Assembly: GCF_009914755.1 (NCBI RefSeq)
Contig: NC_060947.1
Origin: the human T2T-CHM13v2.0 reference genome, Homo sapiens
DNA: 64,000 nt
Direction: 5' to 3' (one strand)
Below the pieces are notes generated by a model. That model was not told the DNA's origin. It saw only the letters and a list, made by a program, of their open reading frames with translations, and ran no database searches. The translations under genes were made by a program, and so were the position numbers. Of this stretch, positions 30,456 to 48,350 are shown piece after piece. Numbering within the stretch: position 1 is the stretch's first letter; the number at the start of each line of letters is the position of its first letter.

Positions 30456-30474
30456 TCCTGGGTCTTTGGCACCA
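30456..30474 (-). other. Primer-binding site, closer to tRNA-Phe than tRNA-His
   Basis: TGGTGCCAAAGACCCAGGA versus Phe TGGTGCCGAAACCCGGGA and His TGGTGCCGTGACTCGGAT. Confidence 0.7.
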
Positions 30475-30476
30475 AA

Positions 30477-30583
30477 TATCACGCACGTCCGCGTGAAGAG
30501 ACCACCAAACAGGCTTTGTGTGAGCAACAAGGCTGTTTATTTCACCTGGGTGCAGGCGGGCTGAGTCCGAAAAAGGAGTCAGC
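30477..30583 (-). mobile_element. HERV-H 5' LTR, R-U5 only
   Basis: gctgactcctttttcggactcagccc...aataaacagccttgttgctcacacaaagcctgtttggtggtctcttcac; no U3 upstream. Confidence 0.92.
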
Positions 30584-30844
30584 CCACACATTTCTTAATA
30601 TGAAGTAGTGTTCAGTATGTAAATTATTAAAGAAAAAGTCAGATTATGTAAGTGTATATATCATATATTCACATCTATTTATAAGCTTATACATATCTAC
30701 ATAAAAGTGGTGTAGATGGATACACAATAAATATTTAAAGGCTGTGGGATTATGAATATTGTTTCCTCTAACATTTACGTATACTTATGTTCTAGTTTCT
30801 CTAAAATAATTTGTATTAATTGTGTCATAAATATTTTTATTGAC

Positions 30845-31075
30845 AGTTAACATTTATTGGGTGTCTAATGTGTGCCAGACACTACATATATCTTATAATC
30901 CTCACGGTCACCCTAGTGAGTTAAGTATTATCTATCCTCCCACCCCCTGCATTATACAGATGATGAAATAGAGTCTTACAGTGACTTGGGCAAGATCATG
31001 CAGCTGGGATGACTGGAAGCTGAAACCAGATCTGTTTGGCCCAAGTCCGTGCATTTACCTGCAGCTATACTGCCT
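30845..31075 (-). mobile_element. MIR
   Basis: aacatttattgggtgtctaatgtgtgccagacact...tacagatgatgaaatagag...gtgacttgggcaagatca. Confidence 0.75.
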
Positions 31076-31815
31076 TTCCTGGTTAGCTCATAGACCATGT
31101 CAGAATCTGGAAAAAAAAATAGCTGTTCCAACTGTCAGAATGTTATACCACAGTGGTTTATGTAATAGCCTTATTTTGTTTATTTTTTTTTAGCAGAACA
31201 CTTTCTTCAAATGAAATGTTATATAACAGGCTCTCAATAAGTGCTTATTCAGTTTTCCTTGAGATACTCCTACTCTGATCTCCCAAACACGAGTTCATGT
31301 GCCTGCCCCAAGCTGAGATCTCAATGGCTCTTGTTACTTATGCTTTCTCACATCCCTCCTGGGAAATGTTGGCTTATCCCGTTAGGATGGGATCTTGAAC
31401 TTGAGGATGATGAAGTGTCAGCAAGGGGTCTAGGACCACAGGAATCCCTGCCATCTCCACAAGGACTGTTGTTATTTTTGAAAGAATCTCCCATGTAAAC
31501 AGAAGAAGCCTTGGTACTTAAACACTAATGTCATATCATCAGATTGCTAGACCTTGTGAAAAATGGGCTTCCTTTTTGGATCTGTGAATTCTGTTTTGCC
31601 TCATTATGTTTTTCTGACTACACTCTGCCCTTCCTTGTTTTAATCCAATATACTGTCAGTAATTTGAATTAGCAATCTCAGTACTGAATGAAGGAGGAGA
31701 ACGGTGTCATCACTGAAGTGGAAACATTGTCAGGGGTTGCCCAACTGAACACCATTAGTTTGATGCCTTTTCTACCCAGCTTGGTAAAGTCCCTGTTGTC
31801 ATGGTTCCTTTGTGA

Positions 31816-33080
<1,265 letters not shown>

Positions 33081-33202
33081 GGGATGGGAATTCAACAGTG
33101 AAACCGGTAAAAGTTACTGACCACATAGAGTGGGAATTATGGTGAGCTTTTTTCTTTGATTATGCATTCATTTCTAATTCTCTTAAATATTATACCTTTT
33201 CA

Positions 33203-33465
33203 AGATAAATACCATACGATCTCACTTATATGTGGAATCTAAGAAAGTCAAACTGATAGAAGTAGAGAGTAGAATGGTGGTTACCAGGGACTAGGGGGTG
33301 ATACTGGGGAGATATTGATCAAAGCATACAAAATTTCAGTTAGACAGGAAGAATAAATTCAAGAGATCCATCATGGTACAACATGGTAACTATAGTTAAA
33401 AACAATGTATTGTATAGTTGAAAATTATAAAAAGAGTAGATTGTAAGTGTTATCACCAAAAATAA
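33203..33465 (+). mobile_element. L1MA-type 3'UTR fragment
   Basis: gatctcacttatatgtggaatctaa...gagagtagaatggtggttacca...aatttcagttagacaggaagaataa. Confidence 0.8.
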
Positions 33466-33531
33466 ATATTATAGCTTCTTGATATATTTTAATATCTGGT
33501 GGGGCAAATTTTCCCTCATTGTTCATCTATA

Positions 33532-34975
33532 CAGTCACATGTTGCTTAACAACAGGGATGCATTCTGAGAAATGTGTCAGTAGGCAATTACGTTATGTGA
33601 CCCTCATAAAGTGGACTTACACAAATCTAGATTGAATAGCCTGCTACCCATCTAGGCTTTATGGTACAGCCTATTGTTCTATGCTACAAACCTGCATGTT
33701 ACGGTACTGAATACGGTAGGCAATTGTAATGCAATGGTAAGTATTTGTGCATTTTAACATCTAAACATAGTAAAAATATGGTATAAAAGTTAAAAAATGG
33801 TACACCTGTGTAGGGCACTTACCATGTGTGGTATTGGCAATCTGGAAATTGAACTGGAAGAACTGGAAGTTGCTCTGGGTGAGTCAGTGAGTGAGTGGTG
33901 AGTAAACATGAAGGCTTAGGACATTCTACACACTACGGTAGACTTTGTAAATACTCTACATTTAGGCTACACTAAATTTATGAAAAAATATTTTCCTCTT
34001 CAATAATAAATTAACTTTAGCTCTCTATAACATTTTTACTTTATAAGCTGTTTACTTTTTTTAACTTTTTGACTCTCCTGTAACAATACTTAGCTTAAAA
34101 CCCAAAACACTATATAGCTGTCCAAAAATATTTGCTTTCTTTATACTCTTATTCTATAAGCTTTTCTTATTTTATTTTTTTAACTTTAAAAACTTTTTTG
34201 TTAAAAATGAAGACACAAACACACACATTAGCCTAGGTCTACACAGGATTAGGGTCATCAATATCACTGTCTTTCACCACCACATCTTGTCCCATTGGAA
34301 GATCTTCAGGCTCAAAAACATGCATGGAGATGTCATCGTCGATGACAATAGTGCTTCTTCTAGAATGTCTCCTGAAGTACTTGCCCAAGGCCCTTGAGAA
34401 GGTGTCACTCTTCAGAAATATGTCTATGACGATTTGCTTGGTTTGTTTCTTTTTTTTTTCCATCATAAATTTGTAAGCAGATAGAACACCATGGACATCT
34501 TTCTCTGTCTTTTCAAAATCTTTAATGAGTTCATTGAGGTTTGCAAGAGCTTATGATAAACCTTTCACTGTGGATTTTCTTGAGGGTTCTTTTTTTTTAT
34601 TTTCCTGCAGTTTCCTTTTCTGTTGCCTCTTCTGAAGCTATGCATTGCTGTTCCAGTTCTAATAACTCCTCATTAGTCAGTTTTTCAGGAACCACTCTAG
34701 GAGCTCCTCAGAGTCATCCTCATCCTCATCCTCATCCTCATCCAAGTTAAAGTTTCTTGCTATCTCAACTATAGCCTTGTTGATTTTTACAGCCTCCCCA
34801 TTCTTGGAAAATCCTTTGAAGTCATAGATGAACCTCTTGAGTGTCTTCTTCTAGATACCATACATACACTCCTTGGTCACATCATCCCAAGCCCAAGCAA
34901 GGTTATTGATGCAGTCATAGATGTTATAATCCTTCTAGATTTGCACCAATGTCTTCTCAGTGTCTTCCTTAGTTG
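33532..34975 (-). mobile_element. Tigger3 (GOLEM) DNA transposon, one TIR plus transposase C-terminal remnant
   Basis: TA-cagtcacatgttgcttaac terminus; minus strand encodes KDYNIYDCINNLAWAWDDVTKECM...FNLDEDEDE with stops; other half absent. Confidence 0.85.
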
Positions 34976-35056
34976 GAACCCATGTGACCTGGCTTCTCAA
35001 TGAAATACTAGCAAACTGAGTCCAGCTGCACATCAAAAGATAATACACCATGATCA

Positions 35057-35242
<186 letters not shown>

Positions 35243-35270
35243 AACATACTCAAATCAACAAATGTAATTA

Positions 35271-35614
<344 letters not shown>

Positions 35615-38036
35615 TTAATGGATGCAAAAAAGGCCTTTGATAAAATTTTGCATCCCTGTGTGATAAAAACTCTCAACAAACTAGGTATAGAAGGAACAGA
35701 CCTCAAAATAATAAAGGGTGTATGGAACAAACCCACAGCCAAAATCACACCGAATGGGGAGAAGTTCACCTGACGAACTGGACAAGAAGATGCCCACTCT
35801 CACCACTTCTATTCAAGATAGTACTGGAAGCTCTAGCCAGAGAAATCAGGCAAGATAAATAATAGGCATCCAAACTGGAAAAGAGGAATTCAAATTATTG
35901 CTGTCCACTGATGACATGATCTTATATCTAAAAAACCCTAAATGCTATACCAAAAACCGTTTATATTTAACAAATTAATTCAGTAAAGTTTCTGAATAGA
36001 ATATGTACAAAAGTTACTAGCATTTCTATATACCAATAATGATGAAGCTGAGAACCAAATCAAGAAGGCAATACTATTTTCAATAGCTACCAAAAAAAAA
36101 AAAATACTCAGGAATATATTTAACTAAGGAGGGGAAGGATCTCTACAAGGAAAACTACAAAACACAGATGAAAGAAACTGTAGATAACACAAAAAAGATG
36201 CAAAAACATCCCATGCTCATGAATTAGAAGAATTAATATTGTTAAAATGATCATACTGTCCGACACAATCTACAGATTCAATGCAATCTCTATAAAAATG
36301 TCAATATCATTTGCCACAGGATTGGAAAAAAATCCTAAAATTTTCATGGAACCAAAAAGGAGGCTGAAACCAAAGTAACCTAAGCAAAAGAACAAAGCTG
36401 GAAGCATCACATTACCTGACCTCAAATTATACTACAAGTCCATAGTAACCCAAACAGCCTAGTGCTGGTATAAAAATAGACACACAGGTCAATGGAACAG
36501 AATAGAGAATACAGAAATAAAGCCACATATATACAACCAACTGACCTTTCACAAAGTTGACAAAAACATACTGGGTAAAGGACATCCTTTCAATAAATGC
36601 TCCTGGGAAATTGGATATCCATATGCAGAAGGATGAAGCTGGATCCCTATCTCTCACCATATACAAAAATTAACGAAGATGGATTAAAGACTTAAATATA
36701 AGACCTGAAACTATAAAAGTCCTAGAAGAAAACCCAGGAAAAACTTATGGACATTGGCCTAGGTGAAGAATTTATAATGGAGACCCCAAAATCAAATGCA
36801 AGAAAAAGAAAAACAGACAAATAGGATTTAATTATACTAATAAGCTTCTGCATAGCCAAAGAAATAATCAATAGAGTGAACAGATGCCCTGCAAAATGAG
36901 ATAAAATATTTGCAAATATCCATCCAACAGGGGACTAATATTTACAATTTATAAGGAACCCAACAACAAAAACAACCCCATTAAACAGTGGGCAAAGGAC
37001 ATGAGTAGGCATTTTTTCAAAGAAAACATACAAATGGCCCATGAACATATGCAAAATGGTCAACATCACTAAACATCACAGAAATGCAAATTTAAACCAC
37101 AAAATCATTTATACCAGTAAGAATGGCTATAATTAGAAAAGTCAAAAAATAACAGATGTTGGTGAGGATGCAAAGAAAGAGAAATACTTATACACTGTTA
37201 GGAAATTCACATTAGTACAACCTCTATGGAAAGCAGCATGGAGATTTGTCAAAGAAGTGAAAATTGAACTACCATTTGATCCAGCAATCCCTCTACCAGG
37301 TATATACACAAAAGAAAAAAAAAGTCACTGTATCAAAAAGATACCTGACTCATACATTTATCAAAGCACTGTTCATAATAGCAAAGATATGGAATCAACC
37401 CAAGTGTTCATCATTGGATGACTGGACAAAGAAAAAGTGGCATATATATATACCCAGTGGAATACTATTCAGCCATAAGAACAATGAAATATCTTTTGCA
37501 GCAACATGGATGGAACTGGGGGTCATTATCTCAAGTGAAACAACTCAGAAAATGAAAGTCAAATACCATAAGTTTTCACTTATAAGTGGGAGCTAAATAA
37601 TGTGCACACAATGACAGAGTATCGAGTGATATACATTGGAGACTGGAAAGTGGGGGTGGAAGGACAGAGGGTAATGAGAAATTACTTAATGAGTACAATA
37701 TATGTTATTTGGTTGATGGATACAATAAAACCCAATACTTTCCCACTACTCAATGAATGCATGTAACACAATTGCACTTGTACCCCTAAATTTACACAAA
37801 TTTTTTAAAAAGAAAAACATCATGAAAGTTAACAGGACTGAATGAAGTTGGAGAAAAGTCAATGCAGTGGCTAAGAAAGCAGATTTTGTGGTCAGACAAA
37901 TCTGGCTTAGAATCCCATCATAACCACTTACTTTCTGAGTGACCTTAGACAAACTTAATTAAGTGTTCATACCTAAATGTCCTAACTGCATCTAATTTCA
38001 TGGAACATCATTACTATGTTTAAGAAAAACAAAATA

Positions 38037-38335
38037 GGCTGGGCGCAGTAGCTCGCGTCTGTAATCCCAGCACTTTGGGAGGCCAAGGCGGGTAGATCAC
38101 CTGGGGTCAGGAGTTTGAGACCAGCCTGGCCAACATGGCCAAACCCCGTCTTTACTAAAAATACAAAAAATTAGCCGGGCCTGGTTGTGGGTGCCTGTAA
38201 TCCCAGCTACTCGGAGGCTGAGGCAGGAGAATTGCTTGAAGCCAGGAGGCGGAGGTTGCAGTGAGCCGAGATCGTGCCATTGCACTCCAGCTTGTACAAG
38301 AGCAAAACTCCGTCTCAAAAAAAAAAAAAAAAAAA
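38037..38335 (+). mobile_element. AluS (Sq/Sp-like)
   Basis: Dimer with caagagcaaaactcc and long poly(A). Confidence 0.95.
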
Positions 38336-38349
38336 TTAAACAAAAAAAT

Positions 38350-38506
38350 AGACTACATTAAACTAGAAAATATCAGTATACACCACATGAAGCAAGGCAT
38401 ATCATTTCTGTGAAACTTTTGCTGTGTGTGTGTATGTCTGTGTGTGTTTGGTTTTGATGTGAAATGTTGTTCTTACATGTATTACATTCAGTTTGAAAGC
38501 CTCTGT
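38350..38506. mobile_element. hAT-Charlie (Charlie4-like) fragment
   Basis: tagaaaatatcag...tgtgaaactttt...gatgtgaaatgt...agtttgaaagcctctg. Confidence 0.55.
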
Positions 38507-39214
38507 TGTAGTTACAGGATAAGTAATCTGAAAATGTGGTGGAAAGGGAATTTGTAAATAAAGAAGAGTTGGGAGAGACATTGCAGACAGAATGGACATG
38601 CCTTGGTGACTAACTGGATTGTAGGGAGGGATCATTAAGGTGAAAAAAGGAGGAACTGAACATCATCATGAGCTTCCACTGGGTAATATGATGATAATTA
38701 TTCTTTTTACAAAAATGGGACTATATGGTTGCATTCCACTCAGATGGCTCTCAGAATTGCAGCTGACAGTGAATAACATTGACTTATATGATTCATTTAC
38801 CTCCTGCCTAGTCTCTTTGTCTCTAGGCTCTCCCTCTTTTATTTCTTTCTTATGACTGATTAGGTGGATTTAATTTTCTGAAAGCACAGTACTCAACAGT
38901 TTCAGCTCTGCTCTAAAACTCTACATGATTGTCTACTGTCTGAATTATTTGGGATCATGGCCTTCATTACCTATTTCAATTTAGTAGAATATCTTTAGTG
39001 TAATAAGTGGGGTCTAAAATGTTATACTGAATTCAATGCAAGATCAGAGCCTTGAATTTAGTGGCTCTTCAGGTAGGGAGTTTACAGACAATTTTACTTT
39101 TAAGAAAATCTGCTTGTTCCAATTGCTCACTATTCCTTAAAACCACTAGATTTGTCAGGCGATGGCAGCAAAGAGCTGGTTACCTGAGAAACAGTCTGGG
39201 TCCTCAAGTGCCTG

Positions 39215-39595
39215 ACTACTGACTGTTTAACTTTTATAAGCATAATTATCTCATGTAAACTTCATAAGTATTCTGAGGTAGATACTATTCTTCTCTCAAT
39301 TTTACAAGTGAAGAATTGGAACAAATAGAATTCAGGTACTTTCTCAGGTCACAAACCTAGTTATGGTGGAGCCAGAATTTGAAGTGTCTCAATCAGAATC
39401 ATGGTTCCTTCTACTGCATAAACCAATCTTCTCTGGATGCGATAACATACAGCTGTGTAGCCTCAGGCAAATTCATTTTAACTTCTCAGAATCTGTATCA
39501 TTATTTGCAATGTTGGGTTAATACCTTAAAGGTGTGAGAATTAAATAAAATTATAGGTATAAACCTCTTAGCACATGCTAAGTGTTAAATCTTAT
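39215..39595. mobile_element. Two MIR fragments in opposite orientation
   Basis: tgaggtagatactatt...ggtggagccagaatttgaa (-) and agctgtgtagcctcaggcaaatt...gtgagaattaaataa (+). Confidence 0.6.
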
Positions 39596-39705
39596 TCCTC
39601 TTTTATTTCCTCAAGGAAGAAAAGATAAACAATAAATTAGTTGGTCAACATAGTCATATGCTGTAGAAAGATTGAGTCAGCGTCAGCTATGACCTAGGAA
39701 TAATC

Positions 39706-40118
39706 TAACATGGTTTGGATCTATGTCCCTTCCCAAATGTTGTGTCAAATTTTAATCAATCCCCAATGTTGGAGGTGGGGTCTGGTGGAAGGTGTTGGAT
39801 AGTGGGGGCGGTTTCTCATGATTGGTTTAACACCATCCCCTTGGTACTGTTGTGATAGTGAGTTCTCACAAGATCTGGTTGTTTAAAAATGTGTGGCACA
39901 TCCCCGCTCTCTTTATTCCTCCTGCTCCTGCCATGTAAGACACCTGCTTCTGCTTTGCCTCCTTCCATGAGTAAAAGCTCCCTGAGGCCTCTTCAGAAGC
40001 AGATGCCACAGTGATTCCTGTACAGCCTGCAAAATCATGAGCCAATTAAACCTCTTTTCTTTATAAATTACCCAGTCTCATGTATTTCTTTATAGCTGTG
40101 TGAGAATGTAATAACACA
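39706..40118 (+). mobile_element. MSTA/MSTB MaLR solo LTR
   Basis: atggtttggatctatgtccc...cctgtacagcctgc...gagccaattaaacctcttttctttataaattacccagtctc. Confidence 0.9.
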
Positions 40119-40579
40119 TAGACTCAGTTTGTATGCTGGCAATTCTTTATTTTAATTTGACAATTAAGTTGCTTTGGAGCGGAGGAGGCAGAAGCCACAT
40201 CCACTGGACATGAAGAGTGGACAGTGATAAAGGAAAGAAGTGATGCAGGGAAGAAAAACAATAAGATGGCAGAAATGTCCAGGCAAGTATTTCTTTTCAT
40301 AACTCCTTTAAAAATTCATACTTGGCCTGGTCTTATCCCAAAATAAATTTCTTAGAATGTCTGACCAACAGTTTCTGAGTGAAAGATTGCCTAGTATATA
40401 TTTTGAATACCACATATATGCTCTTTTTGAGACTGGAAAGACTGAGCTCAGTATAGAAGAGAAAGCAGACAAATATTCATCACATTAAAACAGGAAACTG
40501 AATTTCTTTCAAATGGCTCAGTTGGAAACAACTAAATTTTAATAGCTCCCTTCATTGTAGCTCCAGAGTAACAATTATA

Positions 40580-40800
40580 ATTTCCAACATTTATTGATTA
40601 CTTACCATATATTAGGCACACTTCTAAGCATTCATATATTTAACTCTAATCCTCAAAACTTCCATTAATTAGGTTTTATTATGGATGATAAAACTGAGGC
40701 ACAGAGAGGTTAGGTTATTTGCCCACAAGTCACATGGTTAGTGAGTGACAGAACTGAGACTTAAGTCCAAGGCAGTTTATTGTGTCCCACTATCCTCTAC
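40580..40800 (-). mobile_element. MIR
   Basis: gatgataaaactgaggcacagagaggttagg. Confidence 0.8.
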
Positions 40801-41194
40801 TGCTGTACTGCTAGAGTAACAGAAAAGATCTTAGAGAAGGAGATGACTGCACCCTGTATGCACCCTGTATAGCCCGGGAATGTCAGATTAAAGTGAACAG
40901 ATCTGGACAGACACGTTATTTCTAGATGAGGTTAAAGCTAAATCTGCCTCACAGTATTGAGGCTGATTTAGCTCAAGTTGTTTTCAATTTCCTTTCATAT
41001 GTTCAACAAGCCTATACTGAAGATAGTCTGCTTGCAAAAAAGGTCTCACTAGGCTGGAAACTCCTTGAGGGCATAAACATGTCTGTTTTTCCTCCCTCAC
41101 TGACTCCGCACAACATAGTACAGTGCCTGACATGTCACAGAATCCATGATGAATCAGTGAAAAAAGGCTTCTGCTCTAGATGGTCTCTGTGCTA

Positions 41195-41258
41195 GAGAGA
41201 GAGAGAAAGAGAGAGAGGAGACAGAGAGGGGAGAAAGAGAGGAGAGAGAGAGAGAGAG
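41195..41258. repeat. GA-rich simple repeat
   Basis: Imperfect (GA)n tract. Confidence 0.9.
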
Positions 41259-41799
41259 AAATGCTGCATGAACTGAGATTGAGAATAAATCTAGCTTTAG
41301 TTAATAGCTTTTAGATTTCTGTGTAGTCACATTTTTTTACATTCTCAGTTGGAGCGGGTAGGTTACAGTGCTTGAGCCTGCAGCTTGATGATTTTCTGAG
41401 CCAGATTTCTAAGGTAACTCCTGAAACTTTCAGCAAGACAAAAGCATTTTGTAGCTGGGGGCATTTGAGGATAACATCAGTTCATTTCATGTTGAGGCAA
41501 GACACATAATCTGAGGCAGGACACATTGTCTTACTCTGAGACTGTTCTCTGGTAAGGAAAAGATGGCCAAAGTTATGCATGCTTCATACTTTTCCACTCC
41601 AGACACTTTCTCTGCCTCTAGCCATGCTTTCTTAGGCAGAGCCCTTGGGGACTAGAGTCTGAAACCCCCAAAGGAAGAAAGTTGGTCTTTCTTCTGCTAC
41701 ATACTTAATGGAGTAGGTGGGGTACAACTTTCAGTGGCCCAGATTGGCAAGAGCTACATATATGTCTGAACATGGAAAACACAGTGATTTTTCTCTAAA

Positions 41800-42050
41800 G
41801 TAACCTGGTGTAGAAGTAAAAAGATTGGCATTAAAGTCAAACAGACCAACTTTACACTTTCTAGATGCATTATTTTGAATAAGTCTCTTAACCTCTCTGA
41901 GCCTCAATTTCCTCATCAATAAAATGGTAACACCACCACCATACCAGCTTCACAAGGCTGTGAGGAGAAAGAGATGAAATAATGTATCTAAAGCTCCCTA
42001 ACAATGCTTGGCACATATTTGGTACTCAATCATAGTAGATATTAATACTA
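41800..42050 (+). mobile_element. MIR
   Basis: cttaacctctctgagcctcaatttcctcatcaataaaatgg...aacaatgcttggcacata. Confidence 0.85.
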
Positions 42051-42674
42051 TTAATAAAAGTTGATCCAGTTGTAGATCCACAGTGAGATGAATCTGGAAC
42101 ACCTGGCTCAGAGAGATGCTAAGGAGAAGATTGCTTAATTAACTCCCCAGAAACTGAAACTCTGGACCACCAAAATGTCATCAGGCATTGGAGTCTCTAC
42201 AAATCCCTGGCCACAGTGAACCTGGGAAGGGTCAACAGAAAGCTCCATGGTCATGCCTTCCTAAGGATTCATTTAAGCAGAGATACTCATTGTGGTACTG
42301 AGGGAACTTAGCGCTGAGATGTCCCTGGCTGTCTGCGGCTTTCCTTGGAGAACTGGCTCTGTGTGATAGCCCTAGTGGTAATAGCTTCTTTGCCTGATCT
42401 GGATCCATCCCTATCCAGTCTCTGCCATACCTGGCTCCTGGCTGGCTTATCTGCCACCCGATCTGAAACCTAGTTCTGTATCCACCCTTATTAGCCATTC
42501 TGGTCCCAATGTCATTCAAGATTTCAACTTCATTCAGTATCCTGCCAGAGTAATAATGATAATAACTGCTATTTGGAGAGCACCCACTATGCATGAGGCA
42601 TTTTATTTACATTATCTCATTTCATCCTCATAGTAACTTACTTAACACACCCCTGCTGAAAACTCTCAGATGAT

Positions 42675-42965
42675 CCTTACCTTTCAAATATAAATGCTGA
42701 AATGTTTATGTATGAAAGGATAGCAAGTGCGGAATTTGCTTCCAAATTTGGATCTGTAGGCAGTTAGGTGGGTGTATAGATGAAACAAGAGAGACCGTGA
42801 CTTAATAAGTATTAAAAATGACAAGTACAAGGGAGTTCATTATATGATTCTACTTTTGTGTTTATATTTGAAACTTTCTATTATAAAAATGTTTTAACAA
42901 TTAACAGAAAAGCAAAGCAGAGACACATGCGTGCATGCACACACACAATCCCCAAACAAACAAAA
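42675..42965 (+). mobile_element. Old L1MC/ME 3' end inserted in L2
   Basis: gtatagatgaaacaaga...tacaagggagttcattata...tttgaaactttctattataaaa; flanked by direct repeat ctctcagatga (42663-42673, 42969-42979), a possible TSD. Confidence 0.65.
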
Positions 42966-43381
42966 ATCCTCTCAGATGACCTCTCATCACACTTAGAACA
43001 CATTCATAATTTTTTATAAGACATAAAAGGACCAACATGACCTATTATTTTTATCTCACCTACTACTCCCTCCCAGGCCTACTGAATTCTATCCACAATG
43101 TTCTCCTTGCTGTTCTTTAAATGCTCTTGCTCTGCATCAGGGCTTTGGACTTGATGTTCCCTCTACATGGATCACTCGTTTCTCAAATATTCACATGCCT
43201 TGCTCTTTCTTTTTATTTTTTATTTTTAAGAAGGTTACTATAATTCATACTTTTTTTTTTTTTTACTAAACTTTAAGTTTCAGGGTACATGTGTACAATG
43301 TACAGGTTTGTTACATGTGCCATGTTGGTGTGCTGCACCCATTAACTTGTCATTTAACATTAGATATATCTTCTAATGCTA

Positions 43382-47271
<3,890 letters not shown>

Positions 47272-47333
47272 TATGATGTTAGCTGGTTATTTTCTCATTA
47301 GTTAATGTAGGTTCTTCCTAGCCTTGATGGTCT

Positions 47334-48350
47334 TTACAATTTGGCATGTTTTTGCAGTGGCTGGTACCGGTTGTTCCTTTCCACATTTACTGCTTCCTTC
47401 AGGAGCTGTTTTAGGACTGGCCTGGTGGTGACAAAATCTCTCAGCATTTGCTTGTCTGTGAAGTATTTTATGTCTCCTTCACTTATGAAGCTTAGTTTGG
47501 CTGGATATGAACTTCTGGGTTGAAAATTCTTTCCTTTAATAATGTTGAATATTGGCCCCCACTCTTTTCTGGCTTGTAGAGTTTCTGCCGAGAGATCAGC
47601 TGTTAGTCTGATGGGCTTCCCTTTGTGGGTAACCCGACCTTTCTCTCTGGCTGCCCTTAACATTTTTTCCTTCATTTCAACTTTGGTGAATCTGACAATT
47701 ATGTGTCTTGGAGTTGCTCTTCTAGAGGAGTATGTTTGTGATGCTGTCTCTGTTTCCCGAATCTGAATGTTGGCCTGCCTTGCTAGATTGGGGAAGTTCT
47801 GCTGTATAATATCCCACAGATTGTTTTCCAACTTGGTTCCATTCTCCCTGTCACTTTCAGGTACACGAATCAGATGTAGATTTGGTCTTTCTGCATAGTC
47901 CCATATTTCTTGGAGGCTTTGTTCATTTCTTTTTATTCTTTTTTCTCTGAACTTCTCTTCTCACTTCATTTCATTCATTTCATCTTCCATCACTGATACC
48001 CTTTCTTCCAGTTGATCTAATTGGCTCCCGAGGCTTGTGCATTGATAACGTAGTTCTCGTGCCATGGTTTTCAGCTCCATCATGTCCTTTAAGGACTTCT
48101 CTGCATTGGTTATCCTAGTTAGCCTTTCGTCTAATCTTTTTTCTAGGTTTTTAACTTCTTTGCCATGGGTTCGAACTTCCTCCTTTAGCTCAGAGTAGTT
48201 TGGTCGTGTGAAGCTTTCTTCTGTCAACTCGTCAAAGTCATTCACCGTCCAGCTTTGTTCCATTGCTGGTGAGGAACTGCATTCCTCTGGAGGAGGAGAG
48301 GCGCTCTGGTTTTTGGAGTTTCCAGTTTTTCTGCTCTGTTTTTTCCCCAT
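47334..48350 (-). pseudogene. L1 ORF1p, disrupted
   Basis: MGKKQSRK start at 48350; premature stop at 47961; C-terminal 165-aa fragment. Confidence 0.95.

Larger units (their letters stand above)
25553..30585 (-). mobile_element. HERV-H element with RNA-genome (R-U5...U3-R) structure; probable L1-mediated retrocopy
   Basis: 5' end starts at R (gctgactcc) with no U3; 3' end stops at the end of R with no U5; 11-bp TSD acacatttctt (25542-25552, 30586-30596); inserted into an L1ME remnant that continues on both sides. Confidence 0.92.

Noticed and set aside
25553-30585. Dating the HERV-H insertion by LTR-LTR divergence
   Set aside because: Only about 65 nt of R is shared (3 differences), and in a retrocopy the two R copies inherit differences from the source provirus.
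40848-40870. Small tandem duplications (tgcaccctgta x2; also near 11961 and 51051)
   Set aside because: Ordinary replication-slippage events with no further structure.
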